A stretch of DNA of 64,000 nt from Pseudolabrys sp. GTDB lineage: Bacteria > Pseudomonadota > Alphaproteobacteria > Rhizobiales > Xanthobacteraceae. The position numbers were made by a program, and so were the translations under genes. The notes beneath the pieces are model-generated. The model saw only the letters and a program-made list of their open reading frames with translations. It was not told the origin of the DNA and ran no database searches. The DNA is taken from NCBI GenBank assembly GCA_035469145.1, contig DATISB010000011.1:78-64077 (forward strand), given 5' to 3'. Shown here in pieces: positions 38,762-48,982 of the stretch; the stretch's first letter is position 1, and the number at the start of each line of letters is the position of its first letter.

Positions 38762-39919
38762 ATGAATGCCGTCAATCTGCCGCGCCCGGCGTGGATGACC
38801 GAAGACCTCGTTCTGCTCGAGGAGCAGGCGCGGCGCTTCATCGCCGACGAATTTACCCCCCATATCGACCGCTGGCACGCGGCCGGCATTTATGAACGCG
38901 AGGTCTGGACCAAGTCGGGCGAAGCCGGTCTGCTTTGCGCGTCCATGCCGGAAGAATACGGCGGCTCCGGCGGCTCGTTCGCGCATGAGGCGGTGATCAA
39001 CCGCGAATTCTCGCTCGCCGGCTTCGACACCTTCGGCGCGCCGCTGCATTCCGGCATCGTCGCCCCCTACATCCTGCATTACGGTACCGAAGATCAGAAG
39101 AAACGCTGGCTGCCCCGGCTCGCCACCGGCGAATTGGTCGGTGCCATCGCCATGACCGAGCCGGGCACCGGCTCCGACCTGCAAGGGGTGCGCGCCAGTG
39201 CCAAGAAATCCGGTAACGGCTACCTGCTCAACGGCTCCAAGACCTTCATCACCAACGGCCAGCACGCCAACCTGATCATCGTGGTCGCCAAGACCGATCC
39301 CAAAGCCGGCGCCAAGGGCACCTCGCTGTTGGTGGTGGAAACCGAGGATGCGCAAGGTTTCCGGCGCGGCCGCAAGCTCAAAAAGCTCGGCATGGATTCC
39401 GCCGACACATCGGAATTGTTCTTCGAGGACGTGCAATTGCCAACTTCGAGCCTGCTCGGTACCGAGGAAGGGCAGGGCTTCTACCAGCTCATGAAGGAGC
39501 TGCCGCAGGAGCGGCTGATCGTCGCGGTGCACGCGGTGGCGATGATGGAGCGGGCGCTCGCGCTCACCATCGATTACGTCAAGCAGCGCAAGGCTTTCGG
39601 CAAGGCCATCATCGAATTCCAGAATACTCAGTTCGAGCTGGCCGCGTGCAAGACCGATACAACCATCGCCAAGGTGTTCCTCGACCACTGCATCGGTCAG
39701 CATGTCGAGGGCAAGCTCGACACCGTCACCGCCTCGATGGCCAAATACCGCCTCACCGATACGCAAGCCGATGTGATCGACCGCTGCCTGCAATTATTCG
39801 GCGGTTATGGCTATATGGACGAATACCCGATCTCGCGCCTGTATCGCGATGCGCGGGTGCTGCGCATCTATGCCGGCACCAATGAGATCATGAAGCTGCT
39901 GATCGCGCGCAGTCTTTGA
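38762..39919 (+). CDS. Acyl-CoA dehydrogenase
   Basis: [43 protein letters not shown]. Confidence 0.92.
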   Translation: MNAVNLPRPAWMTEDLVLLEEQARRFIADEFTPHIDRWHAAGIYEREVWTKSGEAGLLCASMPEEYGGSGGSFAHEAVINREFSLAGFDTFGAPLHSGIVAPYILHYGTEDQKKRWLPRLATGELVGAIAMTEPGTGSDLQGVRASAKKSGNGYLLNGSKTFITNGQHANLIIVVAKTDPKAGAKGTSLLVVETEDAQGFRRGRKLKKLGMDSADTSELFFEDVQLPTSSLLGTEEGQGFYQLMKELPQERLIVAVHAVAMMERALALTIDYVKQRKAFGKAIIEFQNTQFELAACKTDTTIAKVFLDHCIGQHVEGKLDTVTASMAKYRLTDTQADVIDRCLQLFGGYGYMDEYPISRLYRDARVLRIYAGTNEIMKLLIARSL

Positions 39920-39936
39920 CGCGCAGGAGAACGCCA

Positions 39937-41145
39937 ATGCCGGATGCATTCATTTACGACCACGTGCGTACACCGCGCGGACGCGGCAAGGCCGACGGGG
40001 CATTGCACGAGGTGACCGCGCTCAATCTCGCGGCGCAGACGCTTGCAGCGGTCAAGGATCGCAACAAGCTCGACCCAAAGATGATCGATGACGTGGTCTT
40101 GGGCTGTGTCGATCCGGTGGGCGAAGCGGGCGGCGACATCGCGCGCGCCGCAGCCCTAGTGGCGGGCTTCGGCGACGGCGTGCCGGGCATCCAGATCAAC
40201 CGCTTCTGCGCTTCCGGCTTGGATGCGGTGAATTTCGCCGCGGCCGAGATCATGTCGAGCCAGCACCAGATGACCATCGGCGGTGGCGCCGAATCGATGA
40301 GCCGCGTCGGCATCGGCGCTTCCGGCGGCGCCTGGCCGGTCGATCCCTCGCTCGCGGTCAAGACTTACTTCCTGCCGCAAGGCATTTCCGCCGATCTGAT
40401 CGCCACCAAATATGGCTTCTCGCGCGACGACGTCGATGCTTACGCGGTCGAAAGCCAAAAGCGCGCCGGCAAGTCCTGGGACGAGGGCCGCTTCAAGAAT
40501 TCGGTGATGACGGTAAAGGACTGCAACGGGCTCAACATTTTGGCCAAGGACGAGCACATGCGTCCCTCGACCACCATGCAGACGCTGGCTGCGCTGGCGC
40601 CGTCCTTCGTTCAGATGGGCGAGATGGCCGGTTTCGATGCCGTCGCCCTGCAGCGTTATCCGGAAGTCGAGGCGATCAATCACGTGCACACGCCGGGCAA
40701 TTCCTCCGGCATCGTCGACGGCGCCGCCGCGGTGCTGATCGGCAGCAAGGCAGCGGGCAAGGCTGCGGGCTTGAAGCCGCGCGCGCGCATCAAAGCCTTC
40801 GCCAATATCGGCTCGGAGCCGGCGATCATGCTCACCGGACCGATACCGGTGACCGAGAAGGTGCTCAAGAAGGCCGGCATGGCGATCGGCGACGTCGATC
40901 TGTTCGAGCTCAACGAGGCCTTCGCCTCGGTAGTGCTGCGCTACATGCAGGCGTTCGACATTCCGCACGACAAAATGAACGTCTGTGGCGGCGCCATCGC
41001 CATGGGCCATCCGCTCGGCGCCACCGGCGCCATGATTCTCGGCACCGTGCTCGACGAGCTGGAACGGCGCGATTTGTCCACCGCGCTGGTCACGCTCTGC
41101 ATCGGCATCGGCATGGGCACGGCGACGATCATCGAACGCGTCTGA
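39937..41145 (+). CDS. fadA: Acetyl-CoA C-acyltransferase (thiolase)
   Basis: [29 protein letters not shown]. Confidence 0.9.
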   Translation: MPDAFIYDHVRTPRGRGKADGALHEVTALNLAAQTLAAVKDRNKLDPKMIDDVVLGCVDPVGEAGGDIARAAALVAGFGDGVPGIQINRFCASGLDAVNFAAAEIMSSQHQMTIGGGAESMSRVGIGASGGAWPVDPSLAVKTYFLPQGISADLIATKYGFSRDDVDAYAVESQKRAGKSWDEGRFKNSVMTVKDCNGLNILAKDEHMRPSTTMQTLAALAPSFVQMGEMAGFDAVALQRYPEVEAINHVHTPGNSSGIVDGAAAVLIGSKAAGKAAGLKPRARIKAFANIGSEPAIMLTGPIPVTEKVLKKAGMAIGDVDLFELNEAFASVVLRYMQAFDIPHDKMNVCGGAIAMGHPLGATGAMILGTVLDELERRDLSTALVTLCIGIGMGTATIIERV

Positions 41146-41153
41146 GAAATCTC

Positions 41154-41618
41154 ATGCCCAAGGTCGACATCGCCAAGGTGCCGATGCGAAGCGGTAGTTT
41201 CTATCCCGCCGAGTTTCAGGCCGAGCATAAAGGCCGCCACAAGCAGGCGCTGGGCGACGTCGTGGGTCTCACGCAGTTTGGCGTCAACATTTCGCGTATC
41301 GAGCCGGGTGCCTCCACCGCGCTGCGGCACTGGCACGAGCAGGAAGACGAATTCATTTACATGCTGGAAGGCGAGCTGGTGCTGATCGAGAACGACGGCG
41401 AAACCGTGCTCAAGCCGGGCGACGCCGCTGGCTTCAAGGCCGGCAGTGGCATTGCGCACAAGCTGGTCAACCGCAGTAGCCGCGACGCGGTCTATTTCGA
41501 GGTCGGCAGTCGCGCGAAAACCGAGCGCGTGCATTATCCGGATGTCGATCTGGTGATGGAGCGCGACGAAAAAGGCCGCCGCTATCTGCACCGGAACGGC
41601 AAGCCGTACCCGCCATAG
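41154..41618 (+). CDS. Cupin domain protein
   Basis: GLTQFGVN, RHWHEQEDEF, AHKLVN, YPDVD. Confidence 0.85.
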   Translation: MPKVDIAKVPMRSGSFYPAEFQAEHKGRHKQALGDVVGLTQFGVNISRIEPGASTALRHWHEQEDEFIYMLEGELVLIENDGETVLKPGDAAGFKAGSGIAHKLVNRSSRDAVYFEVGSRAKTERVHYPDVDLVMERDEKGRRYLHRNGKPYPP

Positions 41619-41630
41619 GAGTTCAAGGGC

Positions 41631-43838
41631 ATGCCGAATTTTAAATTCGACGTCGATGCCGATGGCATCGCGCTGGTCATCTGGGACATGGCCGACCGCT
41701 CGATGAACGTCATCACCATGGAAGTGATCGCGGAGCTCGGCTCAATCGTCGAGAAGGTCGCCACCGATGCTGCCATCAAGGGCGCGGTGGTTACCTCCGC
41801 GAAGGACGCTTTTTGCGGCGGCGCCGATCTCACCATGCTGGAGCGCATGGGGGCGATCTACGCCGACCTGGTGAAGACTAAAGGCGCGGAGGCCGCCACC
41901 GCTTACGTGTTCGACGAGAGCCGCAAGCTGTCGCAGCTCTATCGCCGCTTCGAGACCGGCGGCAAGCCCTGGGTTTGCGCGCTCAACGGGACGGCGATGG
42001 GCGGCGGCTTCGAGCTCGCGCTCGCCTGCCATCAGCGCATCGCCGCCGACAATCCGAAGACACGGCTCGGCTTGCCCGAGATCAAGATCGGCCTGTTCCC
42101 GGGCGCCGGCGGTACCCAGCGCATAGCGCGCATGCTGCCGCCTGCCGACGCCTTGCAATTCTTGCTTAAGGGCGACCAGCTCAAGCTCGACCGCGCCAAA
42201 GCGATGAAGCTGGTCGACAACATCGTGCCGCAAGCCGATCTCATCAAGGCCGCGAAGGACTGGATCAAGGCCGGCGGCAAGTCAGAAGCGCCGTGGGACG
42301 TGAAGGGCTTCAAGCTGCCCGGCGGGCCGGTCTATTCCAAGGCCGGCATGATGGTGTTTCCGCCGGCGAACGCGATCTACCGGCGCGAGACCTACGACAA
42401 CTATCCGGCTGCGCGCGCGATCCTGCAGGTGGTCTATGAAGGCCTGCAATTGGACATGGATACCGCGCTGCGCGTGGAGTCGCGCTGGTTCGCCAAGATC
42501 CTGCGCTCGCCGGAAGCTGCCGCCATGATCCGCTCGCTGTTCGTCTCCATGCAGGAGCTCAACAAAGGCGCGCGCCGGCCGGCGAACGAACCGGCTGTGA
42601 GCTTGAAGAAAATCGGCATCGTGGGCGCCGGCTTCATGGGCGCCGGCATCGCGCAGGTGAGCGCGGCCGCCGGCTTGCAGGTGATGCTGATCGACCGCGA
42701 CCAGGAAACCGCCGACAAGGGCAAGGCGGGCCTGTACAAGGCGCTTAGCGACCGCGTCAACAAAGGCCGCATGAAAAGCGCCGAGCGTGACGGGCTGCTC
42801 TCGCTGATCACGCCGACGCCGGACTACGGCGCGTTGAAGGATTGCGATCTGGTGATCGAGGCGGTGTTCGAGGACCGCAAGGTGAAATCGGAAGTGATCG
42901 CGAAGATCCAGGCTGTGATCGGTGCCAACACGGTGTTCGCCTCCAACACCTCGACCTTGCCGATCTCCTCGCTCGCCACCGAATTCAAGGAGCCGCCGCG
43001 CTTCATCGGCATTCATTTCTTCTCGCCGGTCGACCGCATGATGCTGGTCGAGATCATCCTCGGCAAGGAAACCGGCAACAAGGCGCTCGCCGCCGCGCTC
43101 GACTATGTGCGTGCGATCCGCAAGACGCCGATTGTTGTGAACGACTCGCGCGGCTTTTACACCTCGCGCGTGGTCGGCACTTATATCCGCGAAGGCCACC
43201 TGATGCTGGCGGAAGGCGTGCCGGCGGCGATGATCGAAAATGTCGGCCGCATGGCCGGCATGCCGGTCGGCCCGCTCTCGCTCAATGACGAGGTGGCGGT
43301 CGATCTGGCCTGGAAAATCCTGAAGGCGACCGAAGCTGATCTCGGACCCAAGGCCATCGATCCTCGCCAGAAGGCGCTGCTGGAGGAGATGGTCGAGGAG
43401 CGCGGCCGCTTCGGACGAAAGAACGGCAAGGGTTTCTATGACTATCCGCCCAACGTGCCGAAGAAGCTGTGGCCGGGGCTCGCGGAGTTGCAAAAGAAGA
43501 AACTCAATCCGGAAAAGATCGACGTCGAGGAACTGAAGCTGCGCCTGCTCGGCATCCAGGCGCTGGAGACCGCGCGCTGCTTCGAGGAAAAAGTGCTCAC
43601 CGACGTGCGCGAGGCCGATGTCGGTTCCATTCTCGGCTTCGGCTTTGCGCCGTTCTCCGGCGGCACGCTGTCATGGATCGATAGGGTGGGCACGAAGAAG
43701 TTCGTTGAGCTTTGCCGCAAGCTGGAGAAGAAATACGGTGCGCGTTTCGCGCCCTCAAAGCTGCTCCTCGATATGGCCGAGAAGAACGAAAGCTTCTACG
43801 GCCGCTTCGCGCCGGGGAAGAAGACAGAAGCGGCGTAG
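41631..43838 (+). CDS. fadJ: Fatty-acid oxidation complex alpha subunit (enoyl-CoA hydratase/3-hydroxyacyl-CoA dehydrogenase)
   Basis: GGGFELAL, GLPE...PGAGGTQR, GAGFMG, EAVFE, SNTS, HFFSP. Confidence 0.9.
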   Translation: MPNFKFDVDADGIALVIWDMADRSMNVITMEVIAELGSIVEKVATDAAIKGAVVTSAKDAFCGGADLTMLERMGAIYADLVKTKGAEAATAYVFDESRKLSQLYRRFETGGKPWVCALNGTAMGGGFELALACHQRIAADNPKTRLGLPEIKIGLFPGAGGTQRIARMLPPADALQFLLKGDQLKLDRAKAMKLVDNIVPQADLIKAAKDWIKAGGKSEAPWDVKGFKLPGGPVYSKAGMMVFPPANAIYRRETYDNYPAARAILQVVYEGLQLDMDTALRVESRWFAKILRSPEAAAMIRSLFVSMQELNKGARRPANEPAVSLKKIGIVGAGFMGAGIAQVSAAAGLQVMLIDRDQETADKGKAGLYKALSDRVNKGRMKSAERDGLLSLITPTPDYGALKDCDLVIEAVFEDRKVKSEVIAKIQAVIGANTVFASNTSTLPISSLATEFKEPPRFIGIHFFSPVDRMMLVEIILGKETGNKALAAALDYVRAIRKTPIVVNDSRGFYTSRVVGTYIREGHLMLAEGVPAAMIENVGRMAGMPVGPLSLNDEVAVDLAWKILKATEADLGPKAIDPRQKALLEEMVEERGRFGRKNGKGFYDYPPNVPKKLWPGLAELQKKKLNPEKIDVEELKLRLLGIQALETARCFEEKVLTDVREADVGSILGFGFAPFSGGTLSWIDRVGTKKFVELCRKLEKKYGARFAPSKLLLDMAEKNESFYGRFAPGKKTEAA

Positions 43839-43875
43839 GTCCCCTTCGCGTAAGCGGAGGTAGAGGCGAAGCGTC

Positions 43876-45093
43876 ATGGCTGACCAACCCCGCTCACTTT
43901 TTCGCTGGCGCGAAATCCCAGGTAGCGTCTGGGCGCTCGGGCTGGTGTCGCTGTTCATGGACGTCTCCTCCGAGATGATCCATGCGCTGCTGCCACTTTA
44001 TCTCGTGACCGTGCTTGGCACCTCGACGCTGACTGTCGGCATTATCGAGGGCATTGCCGAGGCGACCGCGTCGATTACGAAAGTCTTTTCCGGTGCGTTG
44101 AGCGACTATCTCGGCAAGCGCAAGTTGCTCGCCGCGATCGGCTACGGCCTTGCCGCCATCACCAAGCCGGTGTTTCCGCTGGCGTCGGGAATCTCCTTGC
44201 TGACAATGGCCCGCTTCGTGGACCGCATCAGCAAAGGTATTCGCGGCGCGCCGCGTGATGCGCTGATCGCCGATCTCACGCCGCCGGACCTGCGCGGCGC
44301 ATCGTTCGGTCTGCGGCAATCGCTCGACACCATTGGCGCGGTGCTCGGACCGCTATTGGCGATCGTCTGCATGGCGGCGTTGGCGAACAATTTTACGGCG
44401 GTGTTCTGGATCGCGGTGATCCCGGCCTTTGTTTCGGTTGCCATCATCGTGTTCGGCGTGCGTGAGCCGGAACGGCCGCCCGGCCTGCGGATCGTGCGCG
44501 CGCCGCTCGCCCGCGCCGAGCTTGCATGTCTCGGCTCCGCCTATTGGATAATCGTCGGCGTCGCAGCGATCTTCACGCTCGCGCGATTCAGCGAAGCCTT
44601 CTTGCTGCTGCGCGCGCAGTCGGTCGGCTTGCCGCTCGCTATCGTGCCAGCGGTGATGGTCGTGATGAGCGTTGTCTATTCGCTCTCGGCGTGGCCGGCC
44701 GGTGTGCTGTCCGACCAGATCGGTCGTTACGGTCTACTGACCGCTGGCTTCGCTATTTTGGTCGTCGCCGATCTCGTTCTTGCATTTGCCGGAAACGTGA
44801 CCGGCGTTATGGCTGGCGCCGCGCTGTGGGGCTTGCATATGGGTCTGACGCAAGGGCTGCTCGCGGCGCTGGTTGCCGACACCGCGCCGGAGGAATTGCG
44901 CGGCACCGCCTTCGGCGTGTTCAGCCTGGTGAGTGGCGTCGCCATGCTGGCCGCCAGCGTCGTCGCCGGCGCACTGTGGGACATCGCCGGACCGAGCGGC
45001 ACATTCCTCGCCGGCGCGGCGTTCACGGCGATTGCGCTTATGGCACTGCCGTTCGCGCGCTGGAAAACCGCGGCGATCAAACCACCACGGTGA
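43876..45093 (+). CDS. MFS transporter
   Basis: MDVSSEMI, SGALSDYLGKRK, RGAPRDAL; about 12 TM helices. Confidence 0.88.
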   Translation: MADQPRSLFRWREIPGSVWALGLVSLFMDVSSEMIHALLPLYLVTVLGTSTLTVGIIEGIAEATASITKVFSGALSDYLGKRKLLAAIGYGLAAITKPVFPLASGISLLTMARFVDRISKGIRGAPRDALIADLTPPDLRGASFGLRQSLDTIGAVLGPLLAIVCMAALANNFTAVFWIAVIPAFVSVAIIVFGVREPERPPGLRIVRAPLARAELACLGSAYWIIVGVAAIFTLARFSEAFLLLRAQSVGLPLAIVPAVMVVMSVVYSLSAWPAGVLSDQIGRYGLLTAGFAILVVADLVLAFAGNVTGVMAGAALWGLHMGLTQGLLAALVADTAPEELRGTAFGVFSLVSGVAMLAASVVAGALWDIAGPSGTFLAGAAFTAIALMALPFARWKTAAIKPPR

Positions 45094-46186
45094 GCCGCTT
45101 CGCCGCCCGCGTCACGCCCGTGTAGAGCCATCTCTCGCGGCTGTCCGGAAACGCAAATGACTCGTCGAACAGCACCACGTCGTCCCATTGCGAACCTTGC
45201 GCCTTGTGCACGGTCAGCACGTAGCCGTAGTCGAACTCGTCGTAGGGCTTGCGACGCGCCCAATCGATCTGCTCGATGCCGCCGGAAAAGCATTCCGGCC
45301 GCACCGACACCTTCACGCCGCGCAGGCCGCTGTCGTCGTCCGGCAACAGCCGCATCGTCATGATGCCGGTGCGCCGCGCGCCGCGCTCCTTCACCGACCA
45401 CAGCGAGCCGTTGAACAGGCCCTTCTTGCGATTGTTGCGCAGGCAAACGAGCTTGTCGCTGGCCGACGGCAGCTTGTCCTCGAAGCCGCGCCGTTCCCGC
45501 ATTCTGATGTTGTAGGCGCGCCGCGTGGCGTTGCGCCCGACCAGCACCTGGTCGGCCTCCAGCACGCGCTGCGGATCGAGATCGTCCTTGCGCACCACCT
45601 CGGTCTCGCCGTAGCGGCCGGGCTTGAGATATTCGCCGGCGCGAATGTCCATCGACAGCCGGATGATCGGATTGCCCTCGGCTTGGCGGTGCACCTCGGT
45701 GAGCATAACGTCGGGCTCGACCTCGGTGAAAAATCCGCCGCCCTGGATCGGCGGCAATTGCGCCGGGTCGCCCAGCACCAGCACCGGGACGCCGAACGAC
45801 AGCAGGTCGCGGCCGAGCTCGGCGTCGACCATCGAGCATTCGTCGATGATGATGAGTTCCGCCTTGGAGGCCGGCGCCTCGTCCCACAGGTCGAATGAGG
45901 GGATTTCCTCGCCGCTTTCGCGCGCCCGGTAGATCAGGCTGTGGATGGTGGAGGCGCCCTTGCAGCCCTTGCCGCGCATCACGGAAGCCGCCTTGCCGGT
46001 GAAGGCGGCGAACTTCACCTCGCCGTCGGCCTGCTCGGCCAAGTGGCGGGCCAGCGTGGTCTTGCCGGTGCCAGCATAGCCGAAGAGGCGGAACACTTGC
46101 GGCGTCCCGTTCGATCCGGGCTTGGCCTTCAGCCAGGCGGCGACCGCCTTGAGCGCGGCTTCTTGATGGGGCGAAAAGCTCGGCAT
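45077..46186 (-). CDS. RecD/Dda-like SF1B ATP-dependent DNA helicase
   Basis: GYAGTGKTT, DECSMVD, GDPAQLPPI, LTEVHRQ, TVHKAQGSQW, YTGVTRA. Confidence 0.9.
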   Translation of the reverse strand: MPSFSPHQEAALKAVAAWLKAKPGSNGTPQVFRLFGYAGTGKTTLARHLAEQADGEVKFAAFTGKAASVMRGKGCKGASTIHSLIYRARESGEEIPSFDLWDEAPASKAELIIIDECSMVDAELGRDLLSFGVPVLVLGDPAQLPPIQGGGFFTEVEPDVMLTEVHRQAEGNPIIRLSMDIRAGEYLKPGRYGETEVVRKDDLDPQRVLEADQVLVGRNATRRAYNIRMRERRGFEDKLPSASDKLVCLRNNRKKGLFNGSLWSVKERGARRTGIMTMRLLPDDDSGLRGVKVSVRPECFSGGIEQIDWARRKPYDEFDYGYVLTVHKAQGSQWDDVVLFDESFAFPDSRERWLYTGVTRAAKRLTVVV

Positions 46187-46224
46187 AATGCGGGTTTCCG
46201 CAAGCGGCGGGATCGGCAGATAGA

Positions 46225-46239
46225 GAACGAAAATAGAAC
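46225..46239. promoter_or_regulatory. Alphaproteobacterial LexA (SOS) box
   Basis: GAAC-GAAAATA-GAAC (GTTC-N7-GTTC on the minus strand), 39 bp upstream of the helicase start. Confidence 0.7.
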
Positions 46240-46295
46240 GATGTCAATTGTGAGAAACGGCTCGGCCGGTCTTGTCCCCGTCATTCACCTGTCAT

Positions 46296-46321
46296 CATAT
46301 GTCGATATGTCCCGACATATG
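46296..46321. promoter_or_regulatory. Putative ArsR operator
   Basis: Perfect inverted repeat CATATGTCG-N8-CGACATATG that includes the arsR ATG. Confidence 0.7.
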
Positions 46322-46678
46322 GACGCAAGAAAATCGCAAGTTGCTTTCGCCGCTTTGGCGCAGCCGACCCGGCTTAAGGCCTTTCGCAAACTGGTCGTCG
46401 CATATCCAAACGGGCTTTCGGCGGGCGAGATCGCGCAGTTTTGTAAAGTGCCGCACAACACCATGTCGACGCATCTCGCGGCGCTGATGCGCGGCGGGCT
46501 GATCGCGGTGGCGCGACAGGGCCGCTCGATGAACTATCGCGCCAATCTCGACGGCTTCCGCGCCCTGATCGATTTCATGCTGCGCGATTGCTGCGGCGGC
46601 CGGCCGGAAATCTGCGCGCTGGTGGTCGATGAATTCAACGCCGCGGGTTGCGCGCCGGCAACAAAGGCGGCGTCATGA
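46319..46678 (+). CDS. arsR: ArsR family arsenite-responsive repressor
   Basis: FAALAQPTRL, wHTH NTMSTHL, C-terminal DCCGGRPEIC three-Cys site. Confidence 0.9.
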   Translation: MDARKSQVAFAALAQPTRLKAFRKLVVAYPNGLSAGEIAQFCKVPHNTMSTHLAALMRGGLIAVARQGRSMNYRANLDGFRALIDFMLRDCCGGRPEICALVVDEFNAAGCAPATKAAS

Positions 46679-47313
46679 AGCTTTACATGTTCGAGCACTG
46701 CTCGCTCTGCTTCCGTGTGCGGATGATGGCCGCGCTCAAGCGAATGCCATTGCAGGAAGCCGTCGTGCACGACGACGACAGCGACTCCATGGTCGGCCTC
46801 GTCGGCACACGCCAGATTCCAATTCTGGTGAAGGACGACGGCAAGCCCATGCTCGAAAGCATGGACATGGTCAAATACATCGAAGGCCTCGGACCGCCGG
46901 TTCTGCTCGGTCCGCAACGTCCCGAAATCGCCCAATGGGCCGATCAGGTCGTCGTGAAATCCGCACCGCTGACCATGCCGCGCTATCCGCTGCTCGGACT
47001 GCCCGAATTTGCCACGCCTGCCGCGCTCGCTCACTACACCGCGCGCAAATACAAGACCTACGGCGATTTCGCGGAGCTGCGCAGCCACACGCGCGAGCAA
47101 ATCCACGACGTCATGCCGAAGCTCGAAGAACTCGACGGACTGATTGAAAGCCCGCAAGCGGTCAATGGCACGCTGTCGATGGACGATATTCGGGTGCTGC
47201 CGTTGCTGCGGTCGGTGGCGGTCGTCAAAGGACTGTCGTTCCCGCGGCAAGTTCGCGACTATTTCGAGACGATGATGGGCCGCATCGGATTTCAGCCTTT
47301 GCCGACGGCTTGA
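46675..47313 (+). CDS. grxB: Glutaredoxin 2 (GST-like fold)
   Basis: MKLYMFEHCSLCFRVRM, IPILVKDDGKPMLESMDMVKY, LPEFATPAA, VNGTLSMDDI...PLLRS; 212 aa. Confidence 0.88.
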   Translation: MKLYMFEHCSLCFRVRMMAALKRMPLQEAVVHDDDSDSMVGLVGTRQIPILVKDDGKPMLESMDMVKYIEGLGPPVLLGPQRPEIAQWADQVVVKSAPLTMPRYPLLGLPEFATPAALAHYTARKYKTYGDFAELRSHTREQIHDVMPKLEELDGLIESPQAVNGTLSMDDIRVLPLLRSVAVVKGLSFPRQVRDYFETMMGRIGFQPLPTA

Positions 47314-47340
47314 GTTTCCGGCGACCGAGGAGATCGTGCG

Positions 47341-47880
47341 ATGAAAGAGCAATACAACGTGCTGTTCCTTTGCACCGGCAATTCGGCGCGCTCGATCATC
47401 GCCGAGGCGATCCTCAATCGCGCGGGCGGCGGTCGTTTCAAGGCCTTCAGCGCCGGCAGCCACCCCAAAGGCCAGATCAATCTGCGCACGCTCGATCTAT
47501 TGCGCAAACTCAACTACGACGTCGCGATGCTGCGCTCGAAATCCTGGACCGAGTTCGCCAGGCCAGGCGCGCCCGATCTCGATTTCGTGTTTACCATCTG
47601 CGACAACGCCGCCGGTGAATCCTGCCCGTTGTGGCCGGGCCAGCCGATCACCGCCCATTGGGGCATTCCCGATCCGGCCGCGGCGCAAGGCAGCGAGGCC
47701 GAGATCGCGCTGGCGTTCAAGGACGCCTATCGCATGCTCAACCGGCGGATCGAACTGTTCCTGGCGCTGCCGATCCAGAAACTCGATCGTTTGGTGCTGA
47801 CCACGCGGTTGAAGGAGATCGGGCGCGGCGAGGGCACCACCAGAAAAGGCCCATCATGTCGACGTTTGAACGCTATCTGA
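47341..47880 (+). CDS. arsC: Arsenate reductase, LMW-PTP fold
   Basis: LFLCTGNSARS P-loop, SAGS, TICD...ESCP, HWGIPDP. Confidence 0.9.
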   Translation: MKEQYNVLFLCTGNSARSIIAEAILNRAGGGRFKAFSAGSHPKGQINLRTLDLLRKLNYDVAMLRSKSWTEFARPGAPDLDFVFTICDNAAGESCPLWPGQPITAHWGIPDPAAAQGSEAEIALAFKDAYRMLNRRIELFLALPIQKLDRLVLTTRLKEIGRGEGTTRKGPSCRRLNAI

Positions 47881-48911
47881 CCTTGTGGGTCGCGCTCTGC
47901 ATCGTCGCCGGCATCGCGCTTGGCCACGTCATGCCGGGCGTCTTCCAAGCGATCGGCAGTGCCGAGATCGCCAGGGTCAACTTGCCGGTAGCGGCGCTGA
48001 TCTGGCTGATGATCGTGTCGATGCTGGTCAAGATCGATTTCGCCGCGCTCGCAAGGGTGCGCGAGCACTGGCGCGGCATCGGCGTTACGCTATTCATCAA
48101 TTGGGCGGTGAAGCCGTTTTCGATGGCTGCGCTCGGCTGGTTGTTCATCGGTACTCTGTTCCGGCCGTATTTGCCGCCCGACCAGATCAACTCCTACATC
48201 GCCGGCCTAATCATTCTGGCGGCGGCGCCGTGCACCGCGATGGTGTTCGTGTGGAGCAATCTAACCAAGGGCGAGCCGCACTTCACGCTGTCACAGGTGG
48301 CGCTTAACGACACCATCATGGTGTTCGCCTTTGCGCCGATCGTCGGGCTACTGCTCGGGTTATCGGCGATCACGGTGCCGTGGGGCACGCTGGTGCTTTC
48401 GGTCGTGCTGTATATCGTGGTGCCGGTGTTGGTGGCACAGGTCCTGCGCCGGAACGTGCTTGCGAACGGCGGTGCGGACGCGCTCGCGAGACTCCTGAGC
48501 AAATTGCAACCGCTGTCGCTGGTCGCGCTGCTGGCGACGCTGGTCATGCTGTTCGGTTTCCAGGGCGAGCAGATTCTGGCTCAGCCGCTGATTATCGGCC
48601 TGCTCGCCGTACCGATCCTGATCCAGGTCTATTTCAACGCTGGCCTCGCTTATGTGCTCAACCGGATGGCGGGCGAGCAGCATTGTGTCGCCGGACCTTC
48701 CGCCCTGATCGGCGCCAGCAATTTCTTCGAACTGGCCGTTGCCGCCGCAATCAGCCTTTTCGGCTTCAATTCGGGCGCCGCCCTGGCAACCGTGGTCGGG
48801 GTCTTGATCGAGGTCCCGGTCATGCTGTCCGTGGTCGCGATCGTCAACCGCAGCCGCGAATGGTACGAGCGTGGCGCCAAATCGGGCGCCACCGCCTCCG
48901 CGCCGCATTAA
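47856..48911 (+). CDS. acr3: Acr3 arsenite efflux transporter
   Basis: FERYLTLWV, INWAVKPF, APCTAMVFVW, GASNFFELAVA, GVLIEVPVML. Confidence 0.93.
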   Translation: MSTFERYLTLWVALCIVAGIALGHVMPGVFQAIGSAEIARVNLPVAALIWLMIVSMLVKIDFAALARVREHWRGIGVTLFINWAVKPFSMAALGWLFIGTLFRPYLPPDQINSYIAGLIILAAAPCTAMVFVWSNLTKGEPHFTLSQVALNDTIMVFAFAPIVGLLLGLSAITVPWGTLVLSVVLYIVVPVLVAQVLRRNVLANGGADALARLLSKLQPLSLVALLATLVMLFGFQGEQILAQPLIIGLLAVPILIQVYFNAGLAYVLNRMAGEQHCVAGPSALIGASNFFELAVAAAISLFGFNSGAALATVVGVLIEVPVMLSVVAIVNRSREWYERGAKSGATASAPH

Positions 48912-48982
48912 AGCTCTCTCTCGCATTGCCCTTTCGCGCTTCCCATGTTTAAGGTCGCGGCCTTTTTACGCCGGAAGCTTGC

